A stretch of 63,303 bases of DNA, the filler included, from Octopus bimaculoides (taxonomy: Eukaryota): the NCBI RefSeq assembly GCF_001194135.2. It is 9 parts of 9 records of this genome, joined end to end, with 100 filler letters (N's around TTAATTAATTAA, not from the genome) between each part and the next. Parts side by side here need not be neighbours in the genome. Positions count along the whole stretch, not along the records: positions 27,967 to 39,686 come from NC_068992.1; positions 39,787 to 50,149 come from NC_068982.1; positions 50,250 to 55,144 come from NC_069010.1; 6 more parts are not named here. One strand, written 5' to 3'. Positions 38,174 through 51,965 of the stretch are shown here, piece by piece. The notes beneath the pieces are model-generated. The model was not told where the DNA came from. It saw only the letters and a program-made list of their open reading frames with translations, and ran no database searches. Position 1 is the stretch's first letter; each line of letters opens with the position of its first letter. The translations under genes and the position numbers were made by a program.

Positions 38174-40768
38174 GTATATACATATATATACATGTATATA
38201 CATATATATACATATATATACATATATACACACACATATATATATATATATATACATATATATGTATGTGTGTATATTTGTGTGTATGTGTGTCACTGGA
38301 GAAGTTTAGATGGAATTAAACACTCATAATCCCTGTAATAAAGTTATGACTGGTGTGCTTTCTTCCATGTAGAATTAGATATAATCACACATTTGTTGTT
38401 TCGATGAGTGTGTTGAGAGGTAGAAACATCGGTTAATATACTGTGATGCAACCGAACAACTCGAGCGTTACTAATTGTAAGTCTTTGATGTTGGCATCTA
38501 GATGAGAAAGGTGTGGTAAAGATTATAAAATCGATAAAAGGGTAAGAAAAAAATCCCAATATTCACCATGGTCTATTCGAAAGAGGTTAAACAGAGCCAA
38601 TGATATGATCTGTAGCCCAGAACGTATATCTAGAATGAATGTATAACATTTAAGAATATGTATGATGTCCAGAAGAGTTAATTGTCTAGCACGTAACCAG
38701 CAGGATTTCAAGGCTAAGTATACCCTCATCAGTGTGAGAGAAATCAGAAAATATAAAAATGAAGAATATCTTCAATCGAGAATATTCGTACATTCCAGTT
38801 TGTCGAAAAATGAAGGAAGGATCAAAACGAGAACTTTATGCTCTAGGTAGTTCTATGATGTAATACATATTAACGATGGTTAAAACAATATATTTCAGCA
38901 TGTGGTGTGTAAATTTTAGTACAAAACACACATATAAGCATACACATACACCGATTATTTCTAATGGCATTGTGTGAGTTAGAAAGCGCCAATTGAATGA
39001 CGAAACATTCGAACTATTTCTAAAAGACAGTGCTCATGTTTTCCCCAGAGTAAATCCTTTCGAAGCCGGCAAGCTGGCAGAAAGGTTAGCACGCCGGCCA
39101 AAATGCTTCGTGGTATTTCGTCGGTCTTTCAAATATACCTGACGATAGCGGGGTCTGTCGCCATGTAATCAAAGCATGCAGCAATAAGATGCTGCGAAAA
39201 CAGCTGTTAATTTTGAATATCACTTGTTTTCTTTATATATGTGATAGACCTGGAACTATCACTGAGTGGGATTTACAGTCTATATCATTTTGGGAACTTA
39301 TATATACATGTACCTGTGTCTGTATATATTTATAGGCAGGCAGATAGATAGATAGATAGATAGGTTTCTTTATTAGCCACACAGGGCTCAACACAGAGGG
39401 GACAAAATACAAATGTAGAGTTTTTCTTTTCGAGGGGGTCGAAAACAAAGCAGAAAAAAAAAAACAAAAGTGGGGACAACGATGAAAAAACAACATCGCA
39501 AAACGTTTGGGATATTTACAAAAAATACGAAATAATACAAAAAATTCCCAATAAATGGGGAGGTTATCCGTGGAAAGAAAAACCTACGAAAAGACCACGG
39601 TAACCTCGGTCTTTAGCGTCACAGTTTGTTAAATAAAATTTCTTTTATTTAAGCAAGAAACGTAAGTAACTCTCTGTTTACAAAATNNNNNNNNNNNNNN
39701 NNNNNNNNNNNNNNNNNNNNNNNNNNNNNNTTAATTAATTAANNNNNNNNNNNNNNNNNNNNNNNNNNNNNNNNNNNNNNNNNNNNCACATACATATATG
39801 TTACACATTATCAATTTGAGAATTACCTACGAAATAAATCAATTTATTATTTACTAGTACCTCGGTATTTCACACCCTCTTCCTCTACCTTCCTATTTAT
39901 TGATGCAGTCATGGCTGCGTGGTCACGAAGTTCACTTTGCAACCACAGGGTTCTGAGTTCGATCCCTTTGAACAGCACATGCATTAAGTGTCTTTCTCAT
40001 AGCCTTCTGTGAAATTGCGAATGAAATTTGGCAAACGGAAACTACATGGTAGTCTACAGTGTATAAGCTTCGAAGACCCTGTCAACCTTGTAATACATAA
40101 ATAGGATCTTTGTGGTTATCGTCCCTGTCTACAATTTTGTTCCAATTGTTTTCAAATTCGGTATGTAGATTAAATTTTATGCACTAATTATGAAAATGAA
40201 ATTCATTTTTCCTATAAATTGATTATTAAAAAGTAATTAGCCTTAAAATTTGCAAAATTTGGATATTTTAACCAATCAGAAGCGAATATTTTACACATCA
40301 CCGTGAAGTTTTATTAGCATATTAAGCAAAGCAGCACCACGTGTTCCATAGCTGATTGCAAAGAACTCTGTTTCCATAATAACCAAAGATGCTGCGCATG
40401 CTCACAAGGAGTGTAACCACCAAATTGAGTGTAATCAACAAATTGAGAGTACCTGGGTATTTTTAAAACGTGGAAACAAACGCCGGTGTGGGATACACCG
40501 TTCCATGTTTGACTCTTATTTTTGTGAATTTATATGGAGAATGAGATATGAGAAAGATAATTTATTTTATAATATCCTGGTGTGTATTGCAAACTCTCGT
40601 TCTTGAGCTTTTTAACTAATAAACGTCGATTGAAAACAATGTTTCGACTGTTATTTCTAACAACCCCTGTTGGTTTGCTCGTAGCTTTTAAATATTTAAT
40701 TTCCTCGCGAATCTTTTAATGTTTTTCACTGTTTACTGCAGCTAATTTAATGTTTTGACATGCCGAGT

Positions 40769-40842
<74 letters not shown>

Positions 40843-41681
40843 CTCTTCACAACCAGTGTTGGTTTGTTTACGTCTTTTTAATTTAGCAGTTCGACACAAA
40901 AGGCTCGAGAGAATAGGTATCAGACTTTAACAAATAAGTAATGAGGTCGATTCGTTCGACTGAAAAACTCATCAAGGAGTGAACTGGCATGGCTGCAGTC
41001 CAGTGACTGAAACACGTGAAAGATAAAAGTAGAGGAGACAACCTAACAATTTTTATTAATTAACACTAATTAAAAATAGAATGTAAGCAATATGGAATAA
41101 ATTGCAACTGATTAGTTGTGTATCTACTTTACTCGCTCTAGATACATAACCACCTATTTTTGTTTATCAATGTACGTATCTCTCTTTCTCTTTATTTCTA
41201 TCTCTATATTGATCTGAGTACGCCTTTCAATATCTGTTTATCAATTTAAAAGCATTTTATGCTTGTTTACCAGTCTATTTATTTGTGGTGGGCGGAAAGC
41301 AGAATCAGTTGTGCGTTAGATAAGTTACATTGCGAGATTTCGTTACGTCCCTTCCGTTCAAATCTCACCCCGCTCTACATTACCTTTCACTTTTCCGAGG
41401 TTAACAAAATAGTCACCTACATAGTGGGTGACCCCCAATCAGTTGTGGTGTCGCGGTGGAAGGGACCTAAACACCTAGGGACTTGCTTCACTACCTGATG
41501 AGAAATCAGAGACGGATTACAGCAGCGCTCTCAGCAAACAAGTGTTTACCATAATCAAAATATATCAGCCGATACAATTAGTACTGGAGTCATAGTAACT
41601 GACTGTTCATTACAAGGTGGCGCTTCAAAGTGGCGCTTTTAAATGGTTTTCATGCTAATCGGTTGGAGCCCCTGGCTGTTA

Positions 41682-42671
41682 CAATGTGGTGTCAAAAAGT
41701 TCCCGGACTAGTTTTGTATCGCGCCGACAGATGGCAGCACAGAGTTGCCGGCGCAGTAAAAGATAGCAGTGATCATATGTATACTGCAGTCTGCGATTTT
41801 GTCATGGAAATCTGCTACAGACATTGAGCATGCTTCGGTAAACTTATGGCGACAAAGCAATGGGTCATACGCAATGTTTTGAATGGCACGGGTGCTTCAA
41901 AAGTGGAAGAACGTCCCCGAAAGACGATGAGTGACCTGGAGAACATACCACGAGTGTCACCCCTGAAAATGTGGCATTGTCCATCGAGAATTCGTCTTTC
42001 GGGGCAGGCCATTAATCGAGAGTTCTAATGCGATGTTTTGAAGTATTTGAGAGAGGACATTTGGTGGAAACGACAGGATCTGTGATCCGCAAAGATTCTT
42101 CACCGAGATCTCACTTGTGAATTTCTCGCCAAAAACAACATAGTATCATTTCTGCATCCGCCCCTGCAGACTTCTATCTCTTCCCCAAGGTGAAAATGCA
42201 GCTCAAAGGGCGGCGAGCTGGCAGAATCGTTAGCACGCCGGGCGAAATGCCTAGTGGTATTTCGTCTGCCGTTATGTTCTGAGTTCAAATTCCGCCGAAG
42301 TCGACTTTGACTTTCATCCTTTCGGGGTCGATTAAATAAGTACCAGTTACGCCCTGGGGTCGGTGTAATTGACTTAATCCCTTCGGCTATCATTGTTTGT
42401 CCCCTCTATGTTTAGCACCCTGTGGGCAATAAAGACATTAAAAAAGTCGCCATTTTAACATTGTTGTCGACGTCCAGAGCAAATCGCAGAAGGTCCTCGA
42501 CTCGCTTACAGAAAACGACTTCCAGGCCAGATTCCAAACATGGTAGGAACGCTGGGACCGATGTATTGCTGCACAAAGCGACTATTTCGAAGGAGATAAT
42601 GTTAAAACTTAGGTAAATAAGCTATTGTTTATTAAACATAACTAGTCCGCAAAATCTTTGATAGCACCTCG
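41682..42671 (+). mobile_element. Mariner transposon, internally deleted, both TIRs recognisable, with S1 SINE insertion
   Basis: 5' caatgtggtgtcaaaaagttcccggactagt versus 3' actagtccgcaaaatctttgatagcacctcg. Coding remnants LKYLREDI..EFLAKNN and ENDFQARFQTW*ERWDRCIAAQSDYFEGD. Confidence 0.8.
42212..42440 (+). mobile_element. SINE family S1, full length
   Basis: ggcgagctggcagaatcgttagcacgccgggcgaaatg..ctgagttcaaattcc..aataaaga. Other plus copies at about 28960-29090, 57465-57640, 59705-59905, 61828-62060. Confidence 0.85.
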
Positions 42672-42945
42672 TCATTGGAAGGCCTGGAGATCTGAGTGTG
42701 ATGCTGGAGTAGAACGCTTTGAAACAGAACGTAGAAGACTGTTTAAAGAGAGGAAACGTTGTCAATCAACTCCCTGTGGCTGCTGTTCGGGGTCACTTTC
42801 TGTGTCCTCTGTACTACAGGATCTGCCTAGCTCGTATCGGTCTTGTCAGCCGTGTCCGCCCCCATAAGAAATAATGCGCAGGAGGTGGAGGAGGAGGATG
42901 AATGTCTTGGATCGACGCTGTCATCATCTTTGATGGGCTGTCACA
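42672..42945 (+). mobile_element. RTE-1/BovB-like LINE 3' end
   Basis: WKAWRSECDAGVERFETERRR, and after a frameshift FLCPLYYRICLARIGLVSRVRPH, like F.C..C.R.C.SRIGL.SH.R.H. Confidence 0.7.
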
Positions 42946-43114
42946 AGCATTAAGCGTAACAAGGTGGGGCTTCAAAATTGTCACTATCTAATGATGGTTA
43001 AAAGTAAAAGAATAAAGTAATTTATTAGTTTGGCTTAATGTCCGTATAACTCTCTACAGAATTATGTAATCATTGTGCGTTTTGTAAATATAAAATTTTA
43101 AATAGTTATGACTT

Positions 43115-43183
<69 letters not shown>

Positions 43184-43424
43184 NNNNNNNNNNGGTGGAG
43201 GAGGAGGATGAATGTCTTGGATCGACGCTGTCATCATCTTTGATGGGCTGTCACAAGCATTAAGCGTAACAAGGTGGGGCTTCAAAATTGTCACTATCTA
43301 ATGATGGTTAAAAGTAAAAGAATAAAGTAATTTATTAGTTTGGCTTAATGTCCGTATAACTCTCTACAGAATTATGTAATCATTGTGCGTTTTGTAAATA
43401 TAAAATTTTAAATAGTTATGACTT

Positions 43425-43464
<40 letters not shown>
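42884..43464. other. Exact tandem duplication of about 280 bp across a 10-N gap (probable assembly artefact)
   Basis: 42884-43163 and 43194-43464 read identically up to the terminal (GT)n. Confidence 0.85.
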
Positions 43465-43472
<8 letters not shown>

Positions 43473-43892
43473 TTCTTTTACTTGTTTAAGTCATTAGACT
43501 GCGGTCATACTGGGGCAGTGCCTTGGGGGGCTTTAGTCGATTGAAACGAAGCCTAGTACTTATTCTATCGGCCTCTTTCACCGAACCAGTAAGTTACGAG
43601 GACGTAAACACACCATTACCGGTTGTCAGTCAGTGAGGAGGGACAAACACAGACACAAAGACACACACAAAGACACACGCACACACAAGCATACATACAC
43701 CCACACACACATACATATACGACGGAATTCTTTCAGTTTCCACCTGCCAAATCCACTCACAAGGCTTTGATCGGCCCGAGGCTATAGTAGAAGACGCCTG
43801 CCCAAGGTGCCAAGCAGTGGGACTGAACCCAGAACCATGTGGTTAGGAAGCAAACTTTCTACCACACAGCTATACCTGCGCATGTTTGTATG

Positions 43893-43927
<35 letters not shown>

Positions 43928-44382
43928 NNNNNNNNNNNNNNNNNNNNNNNNNNNNNNNNNNNNNNNNNNNNNNNNNNNNNNNNNNNNNNNNNNNNNNNNN
44001 NNNNNNNNNNNNNNNNNNNNNNNNNNNNNNNNNNNNNNNNNNNNNNNNNNNNNNNNNNNNNNNNNNNNNNNNNNNNNNNNNNNNNNNNNNNNNNNNNNNN
44101 NNNNNNNNNNNNNNNNNNNNNNNNNNNNNNNNNNNNNNNNNNNNNNNNNNNNNNNNNNNNNNNNNNNNNNNNNNNNNNNNNNNNNNNNNNNNNNNNNNNN
44201 NNNNNNNNNNNNNNNNNNNNNNNNNNNNNNNNNNNNNNNNNNNNNNNNNNNNNNNNNNNNNNNTATATGTTGTTGTACTTGGGGATGGTCATATTGCCAG
44301 TTTAGCCAATAAAAACACACGCACTGTATATTTGGTGTTAATTTGCTTCAGCTTTATATTACATTAATCTTAATCTTATTTC

Positions 44383-44427
44383 GGCCAGAGTTCTTTCGTC
44401 ACACTTCTGTGACCTCATCAGTGGTCC
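44383..44427 (-). ncRNA. Minimal type I hammerhead ribozyme-like motif
   Basis: GGACCA-CUGAUGA-G-GUCACA-GAAG-UGUGAC-GAAA-GAAC-UC|UGGCC. All invariant core bases are present, with a 6-bp helix II, a 2-bp helix III and a bulged helix I. Confidence 0.6.
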
Positions 44428-45877
44428 TGCATGTGTGTATGATTATATATATACATATATGGGTCCGAATAAACTTGTTTTCGTTTGTGATACCACAAAA
44501 AAAAAAAAGAAATGGTTCTTCATTTTCAGAATTTTGGGTGACCTGGGAAAAGGAGGCTCTAGCTATTTCGAAAGTATTTGTCTTCGGGAAGGAAGTGACT
44601 GTGCTTGATGGTTGTAAATAATACTGAAGAGAGTAAGAAAAAGGAAGACAGACGGTCAGGTAGTCAAACCGATAACAGGTCGCCGAAAAGTATCACTTAG
44701 TGATAAGGATTCTTATGTACATTATTATTCATAGTAAATACTTATATATATAAAAAATGTAAATGTTATCTAAACTCATATATGCCTTTTAGTTGTAGTT
44801 CTATAGTATTGAGATATAGTTCAATACCGGGTAGGACCATGGTCTATCGTGGATAATATTTCCAGATGACCTGGGTCACATTCTTGACAGCTATGTCAAG
44901 AGAAGCAATATAGAATGTGGTGTTAGGGTTCAATGATAGTCAAAGAAAATCAATAAATAAAACACCAAGAAATGTATGCAGTGAGCTTTAACTTCATTTC
45001 TATGAACTTGTAGACCAATAACCTATAACGTGGGTTATCCTATCACTTCAATAAGCTTGGATAGTTAACGATGCATTTGAATTATTAAGTGTAACATGTT
45101 AACAGGAAGCGATGAGAAGAATTCAGTGAAGTGGAAGATTTACGATTTGAATTTTGTACGAAATCTGGTTGGTACAACACAAAATATGAAAGGTGTGTGC
45201 ATAACATCTCTAATTTCAAACAAACAAAAGCCTTTGCAATTGTTGTTGAGAACACACAGCGTGGAGACAAGTCAATTACGGTCTAATGATTGCACTGTGA
45301 GAGAAGACATATCAGACACATAACTTTTGCTTCGATTCAAAGTATACTTCATTGAAAATATATTAATAATACACGTATTGTGTGTTATTAATATACACTT
45401 GTGGAGATTTACGCTTTGTAAAGATATAGTAAAGGGCGTATGACTGTCATGGATGTAATTGTGTTTGTCACAGTACGAGAAGAGGAAAAAAAGACCCGCT
45501 GCAGAAGATTGTGTAATAAGTATAGTGTAAACTACTTCAGCCATACTATACTTGATAAGATATAAATACAAAATAGGTACAAATAGTACAGTACGAATGT
45601 CGTGAGGCTAAGATTGTAAACTGGAAAAACTAATCTGATATGGTTTCATATGAGGAAAGAAAAATATTTCTCTTTCAGACGAAGGGACAGCCCTTACCTG
45701 CCAAATTCTTCTTCCAATGACATATAATCTTGACAAAATCACGAACTTCATTGTCGAATTTTAGCAATGAAGAGAGAACCATCAATTTCCTCGAAAAATA
45801 GACTAGCATTGTTCCATGAAATAAATTAACATAGAAACTGGATATATTAACTTGGTATTCGGGAGTGACGTATTCCT

Positions 45878-45909
<32 letters not shown>

Positions 45910-45988
45910 CCGAGACGCATGCGAATAGGTTTAGAGCAATATATATTGATATAATATTATGTTGCTGATTTAAAAACAACCTAGGACA

Positions 45989-46031
<43 letters not shown>

Positions 46032-46399
46032 GGTAGGGTGTACACATATACGCACACACATACGCACAGATATGTGTGCGCGTGTATGTGTGAATGCATG
46101 TGCATGCACACCCATATACTCACATACATATTATATGTCTTTTTTACATCCGGGACAAGTACGTGTTCGTGGTAGCTGAGTATATATTACGATATCTATG
46201 AAGCTAACGGAAGTGTCGGATAGAACTTATAAGTAGTTTACCAGCCAGAGCCAAACACGAACTCATCTCTACTAACTCACTTCCACCTCCCTCTGCTATC
46301 AACCTCATGTTAATTACGCAGTGCACTCCCACTATTTACTTCTTTCACTAAACCCATAAACCCGACTGTCCTAACCAACCTATCTTTCCACCGGCCTCT

Positions 46400-47345
46400 G
46401 CATGGAGTAAGTACTTTGGTGTATCGCTATCAGCCCAAGTTTCTAAGGACGCCTAAACCTTTCCAAATCGTTCTGTTCCCTCCAATATGATCTAAATTTT
46501 TATTGACCATGGATGTTGAATCAATCTATTCGGCAATCCTCCACATCATCAACCTGTCAGCCCTTAAGCTCTTCTTAAATCGCTGATTCCAATCGCTACC
46601 CAACAAGTCATTCGCCTAAAGAATTAGTCCGTATTACGTCTTTCTTGTTTGATGGATAGTTAGACTAGGAACATGTTGGATGAGCGCAAACCACCCAATC
46701 TTTTTTGTAGACCACATTAAAGTGCCGATCTTTTAGCAGCTCAGTAGATTCACACAAGAGTTGTAGTATCGCTATAGTAACGACTGAATCATACCAACAA
46801 CATTCTCTAGACAGCGTCTTCATCTCTTAGGTTAATTTGCTTTACCCTGCTCTAGAATTCACTTTTACCATGTCTCACACCTCCACCAACTTCCCAGATG
46901 TTTCTATCCCTATTTCCAATCTCCACACTCTTCTTCCTTCATTGTAATCCCTCTGACTTCTATTCCTGTCTCCAATATTCTCCTCACAACCCAGAATGAT
47001 AAAATTCACTATCCTATATTCATAAGTTTTGTGACTTCATCATTTACACAGATCATATCAGTCAGTTGCAGATAACACACGCCACTGGATCCTTGTCGGT
47101 CTAAAACTCCGTACTTACAAACCAACTGACTCGATCCCCTATCTCCGCCATCTTCCACTTAGCCACACTCTTATTGAAACGCACATCCTCTGCAACTTCC
47201 AACTTCTATACTCTGCCTCTTGATCTTTCCTGTACCACTTTCCCTCTCCTTCACAAGAAATCAGAAAAAAATCCTCGCAACCTTCTAGAAACTCCCTAGA
47301 CTTCCTTTTCTCATGCAGCCAGATATATTCATCTCTCCTCACATC
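46400..47345 (-). mobile_element. Heavily decayed LINE AP-endonuclease region
   Basis: Fragmentary motifs only (EVGGGVRHG, LGSDWN) amid many stops. Confidence 0.3.
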
Positions 47346-47980
47346 AATATCATTTTAACAATATACTGACCCAAATCTCACTGTCAAATCACTCAAAACT
47401 TCAGCTACATGTATATCAACATTATATTGCATCACGTGCAACTTGCGGTACCCATCACAAACTTTTGTATACATTTTATTTAATTTAATTTTTCCATTTT
47501 GATTTTATTTTTAATATTATTGGTCATTTTTTGCATGAAGTGCTTATTAGATGCTTAAAACATGTTTTCTGGTCGAAATGTTGTCATGAATGTTTTGTCG
47601 TAATGTAGTCACGCGCAAAATAACAGCTACCAAATCCTGTTTTCAGATTGGCTAAAAATTATCAAACTTTAAACCTTTGTAACTTTTCCTTTTATTTTCT
47701 GGAACAAGAAAATAACGGCCTGAAATTCAGCGTGAAAAATTACATCAATACACCAAATTTGAAAATGCTCACTTAATTTTAAAATCTCAAAAAGCGAAGG
47801 CAAACAGAAAGGGTCCCATTTATGTTCCGTGTGTGTAGGTTACAAACATATTTATTGATATATCTGTGTGCGTGTATGTGTGTATGTATCTATATTATAT
47901 GCATCACTGGTAAACATTGTTGAAAGTTGTGTTAATCTCTAAATGCTGTGTTAATGCTCCTTTTTAGTATATGTATACAT

Positions 47981-48012
<32 letters not shown>

Positions 48013-48058
48013 GTAGGTACACACACACATACACACACATATACATACATATATACAT

Positions 48059-48794
48059 ACACAGGGTAAATTGTGATAGGTAAATTGTCACCATTTTATA
48101 TTTTTAATTTTGCGCATGCGCATTGCGTCTTTTTGGTTTTGTCAACTACACAGTATAGTAGGGTCAGTTGGGCACCATCTGAGAGAAATACAGCACCATG
48201 ATGCAATTCACTCTGCCAGAAATTTGGAACGACACGCTGTACTACTTAGCATTCGCGCCGGAAGCTCCAATACGAACATTTCAGAGTGTTAAGTGTCAAT
48301 CTGAGTCCCCAAAACATGTACCGAGAGTGATAAGAATCAATCATCCAGTCAACATCATGGTATTTGGAGTGATCGCTAGTAATGGTGACGTTATGCCTCC
48401 ATTCATCTTCCCACACGGCTTTAGACTCAACATGGAGGCCTACATCATGTGCCTGGAGGAGGTAGTGCTGCTCTGGGTCAAGAGGGTGGCTGCTGGAAGA
48501 CCCTATGTCTGGCAACAGGACTCTGCACTGCACATGCAGGAGAACCCAGTCATGGCTGTCAGACAATTTTTGCGACCACATCACCCCAAGCATCTGGCCA
48601 CCTAACTCCCCAGACTGCAGTCCCCCTGGTTATTATGTGTGGTGCGCAGTTGAACGAGAGACAAACAAAACTCCTGGTAACACCAAAGATGTACTGAAGA
48701 CTAGGATTATGGCAGCATTCACCAACTTAAATAAAGAGACCGCCCAGAAGAGTTGCAGGAGATTCCGAAGTCATCCGGAGGCCGTGGTTGAAGT
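48059..48794 (+). mobile_element. Tc1/mariner maT (DD37D-type) transposon, internally deleted, runs into a gap
   Basis: HPVNIMVFGVIASNGDVMPPFIFP..GRPYVWQQDSA, frameshift, RRTQSWLSDNFCDHITPSIWPPNSPDCSPPGYYVW. The third D is mutated to G. Starts ta-cagggtaaattg. Confidence 0.9.
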
Positions 48795-50320
48795 NNNNNN
48801 NNNNNNNNNNNNNNNNNNNNNNNNNNNNNNNNNNNNNNNNNNNNNNNNNNNNNNNNNNNNNNNNNNNNNNNNNNNNNNNNNNNNNNNNNNNNNNNNNNNN
48901 NNNNNNNNNNNNNNNNNNNNNNNNNNNNNNNNNNNNNNNNNNNNNNNNNNNNNNNNNNNNNNNNNNNNNNNNNNNNNNNNNNNNNNNNNNNNNNNNNNNN
49001 NNNNNNNNNNNNNNNNNNNNNNNNNNNNNNNNNNNNNNNNNNNNNNNNNNNNNNNNNNNNNNNNNNNNNNNNNNNNNNNNNNNNNNNNNNNNNNNNNNNN
49101 NNNNNNNNNNNNNNNNNNNNNNNNNNNNNNNNNNNNNNNNNNNNNNNNNNNNNNNNNNNNNNNNNNNNNNNNNNNNNNNNNNNNNNNNNNNNNNNNNNNN
49201 NNATATATATATATATATATATATATACAAACACACACACGCACACATACACATGTATGTATGTATGTATGTATGTATGTATGTATGTATGTATGTATGT
49301 ATAGTCTTGTTCCCTTCTGTATATTATTTTTGTGATGTAAAATAATTAATTCTCTCATATGTTCATTTCCTTGTTGCCGATCTTAGCTTGATCTACATTG
49401 GTCAATTTACTGGCTAATTTAAGAAGTGAATAAAACCTTCTTAACCGCTACCATGGGTTGTTTTTCCTTATATTCGTGAAGAATGTACAAGTCTTTACAA
49501 CTCCAAGTGAAGATGATAATTGAAATAGCGCAGTTGTGACCTTTACCACATTAGCGATTGAAATTGTCACAACTGAAAATCTAAACAAGCAAACAATCTT
49601 TACACGTCAACCAGCAGTTTGCCATACGAAGACCAAGACCATGATATCATACTCTAAAATGCGAATTAACAAACGCTCGCTTATGCTACTTAATCACTTA
49701 GTTACCACAATAAATAACATAGAGAGACTTTTCATTTCAAACTCTTCGTCACTTCTTCATCGGTTTACATCACTGTGGTCATCTGTCTAATTTTTATAGT
49801 CACCGTCTAACGTTCCGTTGCAATATAAGCAATGATTCCACACAAAGTGTTTCCCTTATTTCCGTGGCAAACATCTACCTGCACCAGAATACATTTGCCC
49901 ACTTTGATAACTCGTACTTTAACGCTGCAAAAACTATCACGGCTGTATTTCAACCCTGCCGCATTTCGACTATCAATCTCACTCTCATAACGACCACTGC
50001 TAAGCGTTATAATATTGCTTTTGGGCACTCAGCACAAAGCCCATGCATCTGAATTCACTATAAATAAAATAAACTCTCAATCCCATTACCATTACATCTA
50101 TCAACACCTCATATATATATATATATATATCTATATATATATATATATANNNNNNNNNNNNNNNNNNNNNNNNNNNNNNNNNNNNNNNNNNNNTTAATTA
50201 ATTAANNNNNNNNNNNNNNNNNNNNNNNNNNNNNNNNNNNNNNNNNNNNCTTGGAGCTAATCCACGGCAGCATTCGTCCTAATTTTGGGACTGCCATGTT
50301 GGCTTGGCGATAACTATTAA

Positions 50321-50369
<49 letters not shown>

Positions 50370-50971
50370 ATAAAGATAGTTACAGCTGGTCTGTGTGGTA
50401 ACCCAGGGTTTCGCGTTCACATAGCCCTTAATTTTACATCTCGTTGGACCCTATTGGCGGGTGGTCGATAAACTCTATTCAAAGTGAAAGGAGAAAACAT
50501 CCCTTGGATAATTTTTGAATACTTAGAGGAGAAAGGTCAAATACAAGGGATTATCTCCCTTTGACCGCTATCTGGAATTATAACCCAATCGGCTTGTGGG
50601 GTGGGGACCAAGGATTTCAGTAGGAAATTTTTGCTATTTATTGATCTGTAATTATAACTGCGGTTACCATTATTGTTATTGTTCATAAGGAAACTATTAA
50701 ATTTACTATCGGTGTGTGCTAATCTAATCCTATGTTTATTAAAAATTCTATAGCATTTACTGTCTTCTGGAAAATGTTTCGTCAATGCCAGATAAAACAA
50801 TTTTGGTACATTGGAAATTATTTGTTTTCTGAAGGGAATTATGCATCATTCAATATAGCTAGAGGTAACCGTGTTACTAAAGTATGTATTTCTATTTCTA
50901 CTTAAGCTTTTTGCAAAAGTGTGTAATCTCTTTATCTGATTCTCATTACTGCATTTGGTTTATTTACTATT

Positions 50972-51037
<66 letters not shown>

Positions 51038-51125
51038 GTTTAACGTCCGCTTTCCATGCTAGCATGGGTTGGACGATTTGACTGAGGACTGGTGAAACCG
51101 GATGGCAACACCAGGCTCCAATCTG
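50972..51125 (-). mobile_element. RTE-type 3' tail (family S4) with (GAT)n tail
   Basis: Reverse complement of cagtcaaatcgtccaacccatgctagcatggaaagcggacgttaaacgatgatgatg. A plus-strand copy lies at about 53430-53650. Confidence 0.75.
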
Positions 51126-51156
51126 ATGGATATTTGTCCTCGTTTTATTTGTTATC

Positions 51157-51202
51157 AACACAACGTTTCGGCTGATATACCCTCCAGCCTTCATCAGGTG
51201 TC
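51157..51202 (-). ncRNA. Minimal hammerhead-like motif within S5 element
   Basis: GACAC-CUGAUGA-A-GGCUG-GAGGGUAUAU-CAGCC-GAAACGUU|GUGUU: 5-bp helix I, 5-bp helix II, and helix III reduced to palindromic ACGU. Confidence 0.55.
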
Positions 51203-51928
51203 TTGCAGAAAAATCGAACCTGGGTTCTCATTCCTAAGGTATTTTTTGATGATGTTATTATTATCATTAATATTATTATTATCATTCAGGTCACAGCCTG
51301 GAATCAAACTTAGAATCTTGGGGTTAGAAGAGGAGTAGAGTCACGTGTATAACAATAGGGACAGATGGTGGTGGTGCTGGTGGTGGTGTTTGTAGTGAGT
51401 GCACACGGTTTCTGGTTCAATCCCAGCCTGTGACAATTTGGGACAATGTCTTCTACTGTAGCTGCGGGCCGATTGAAGCATTCTGAGTGGATTTGGTAAA
51501 GGGTTCCAGTCGATCCAATCAATGGATCAACGTGCTTATGAAATTAACGTGAAAGTGGCTGACTACTCCACAGACAGACGTACTCTTAACGTAGTTCTCG
51601 GGGAGATTCAGCGTGACACAGAATGTAATGAGGCTGGCCGCTTTGGAATTACAGGTTCTACTCGTTATTGCCAGCTGAGTGGACTCGAGCAATGTGGAAT
51701 AAAGTGTCTTGCTCAAGGACACAACACAACCTTATGATTATGGGTGTATATGCAGGGTATATATAAAAACAGATACATACACACATGTATACATACATAC
51801 ACACGTACATAGATACATACACACACGTACACACACATACACAAATACATACATACACACACATACAAATACATACATACATACATACATACACACACAT
51901 GCATATACACACATACATACACAGAGAC

Positions 51929-51965
<37 letters not shown>

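Noticed and set aside
45116-45286. Protein-like stop-to-stop frame EEFSEVEDLRFEFCTKSGWYNTKYERC..
   Set aside because: No start codon or credible acceptor and donor; the length is within chance.
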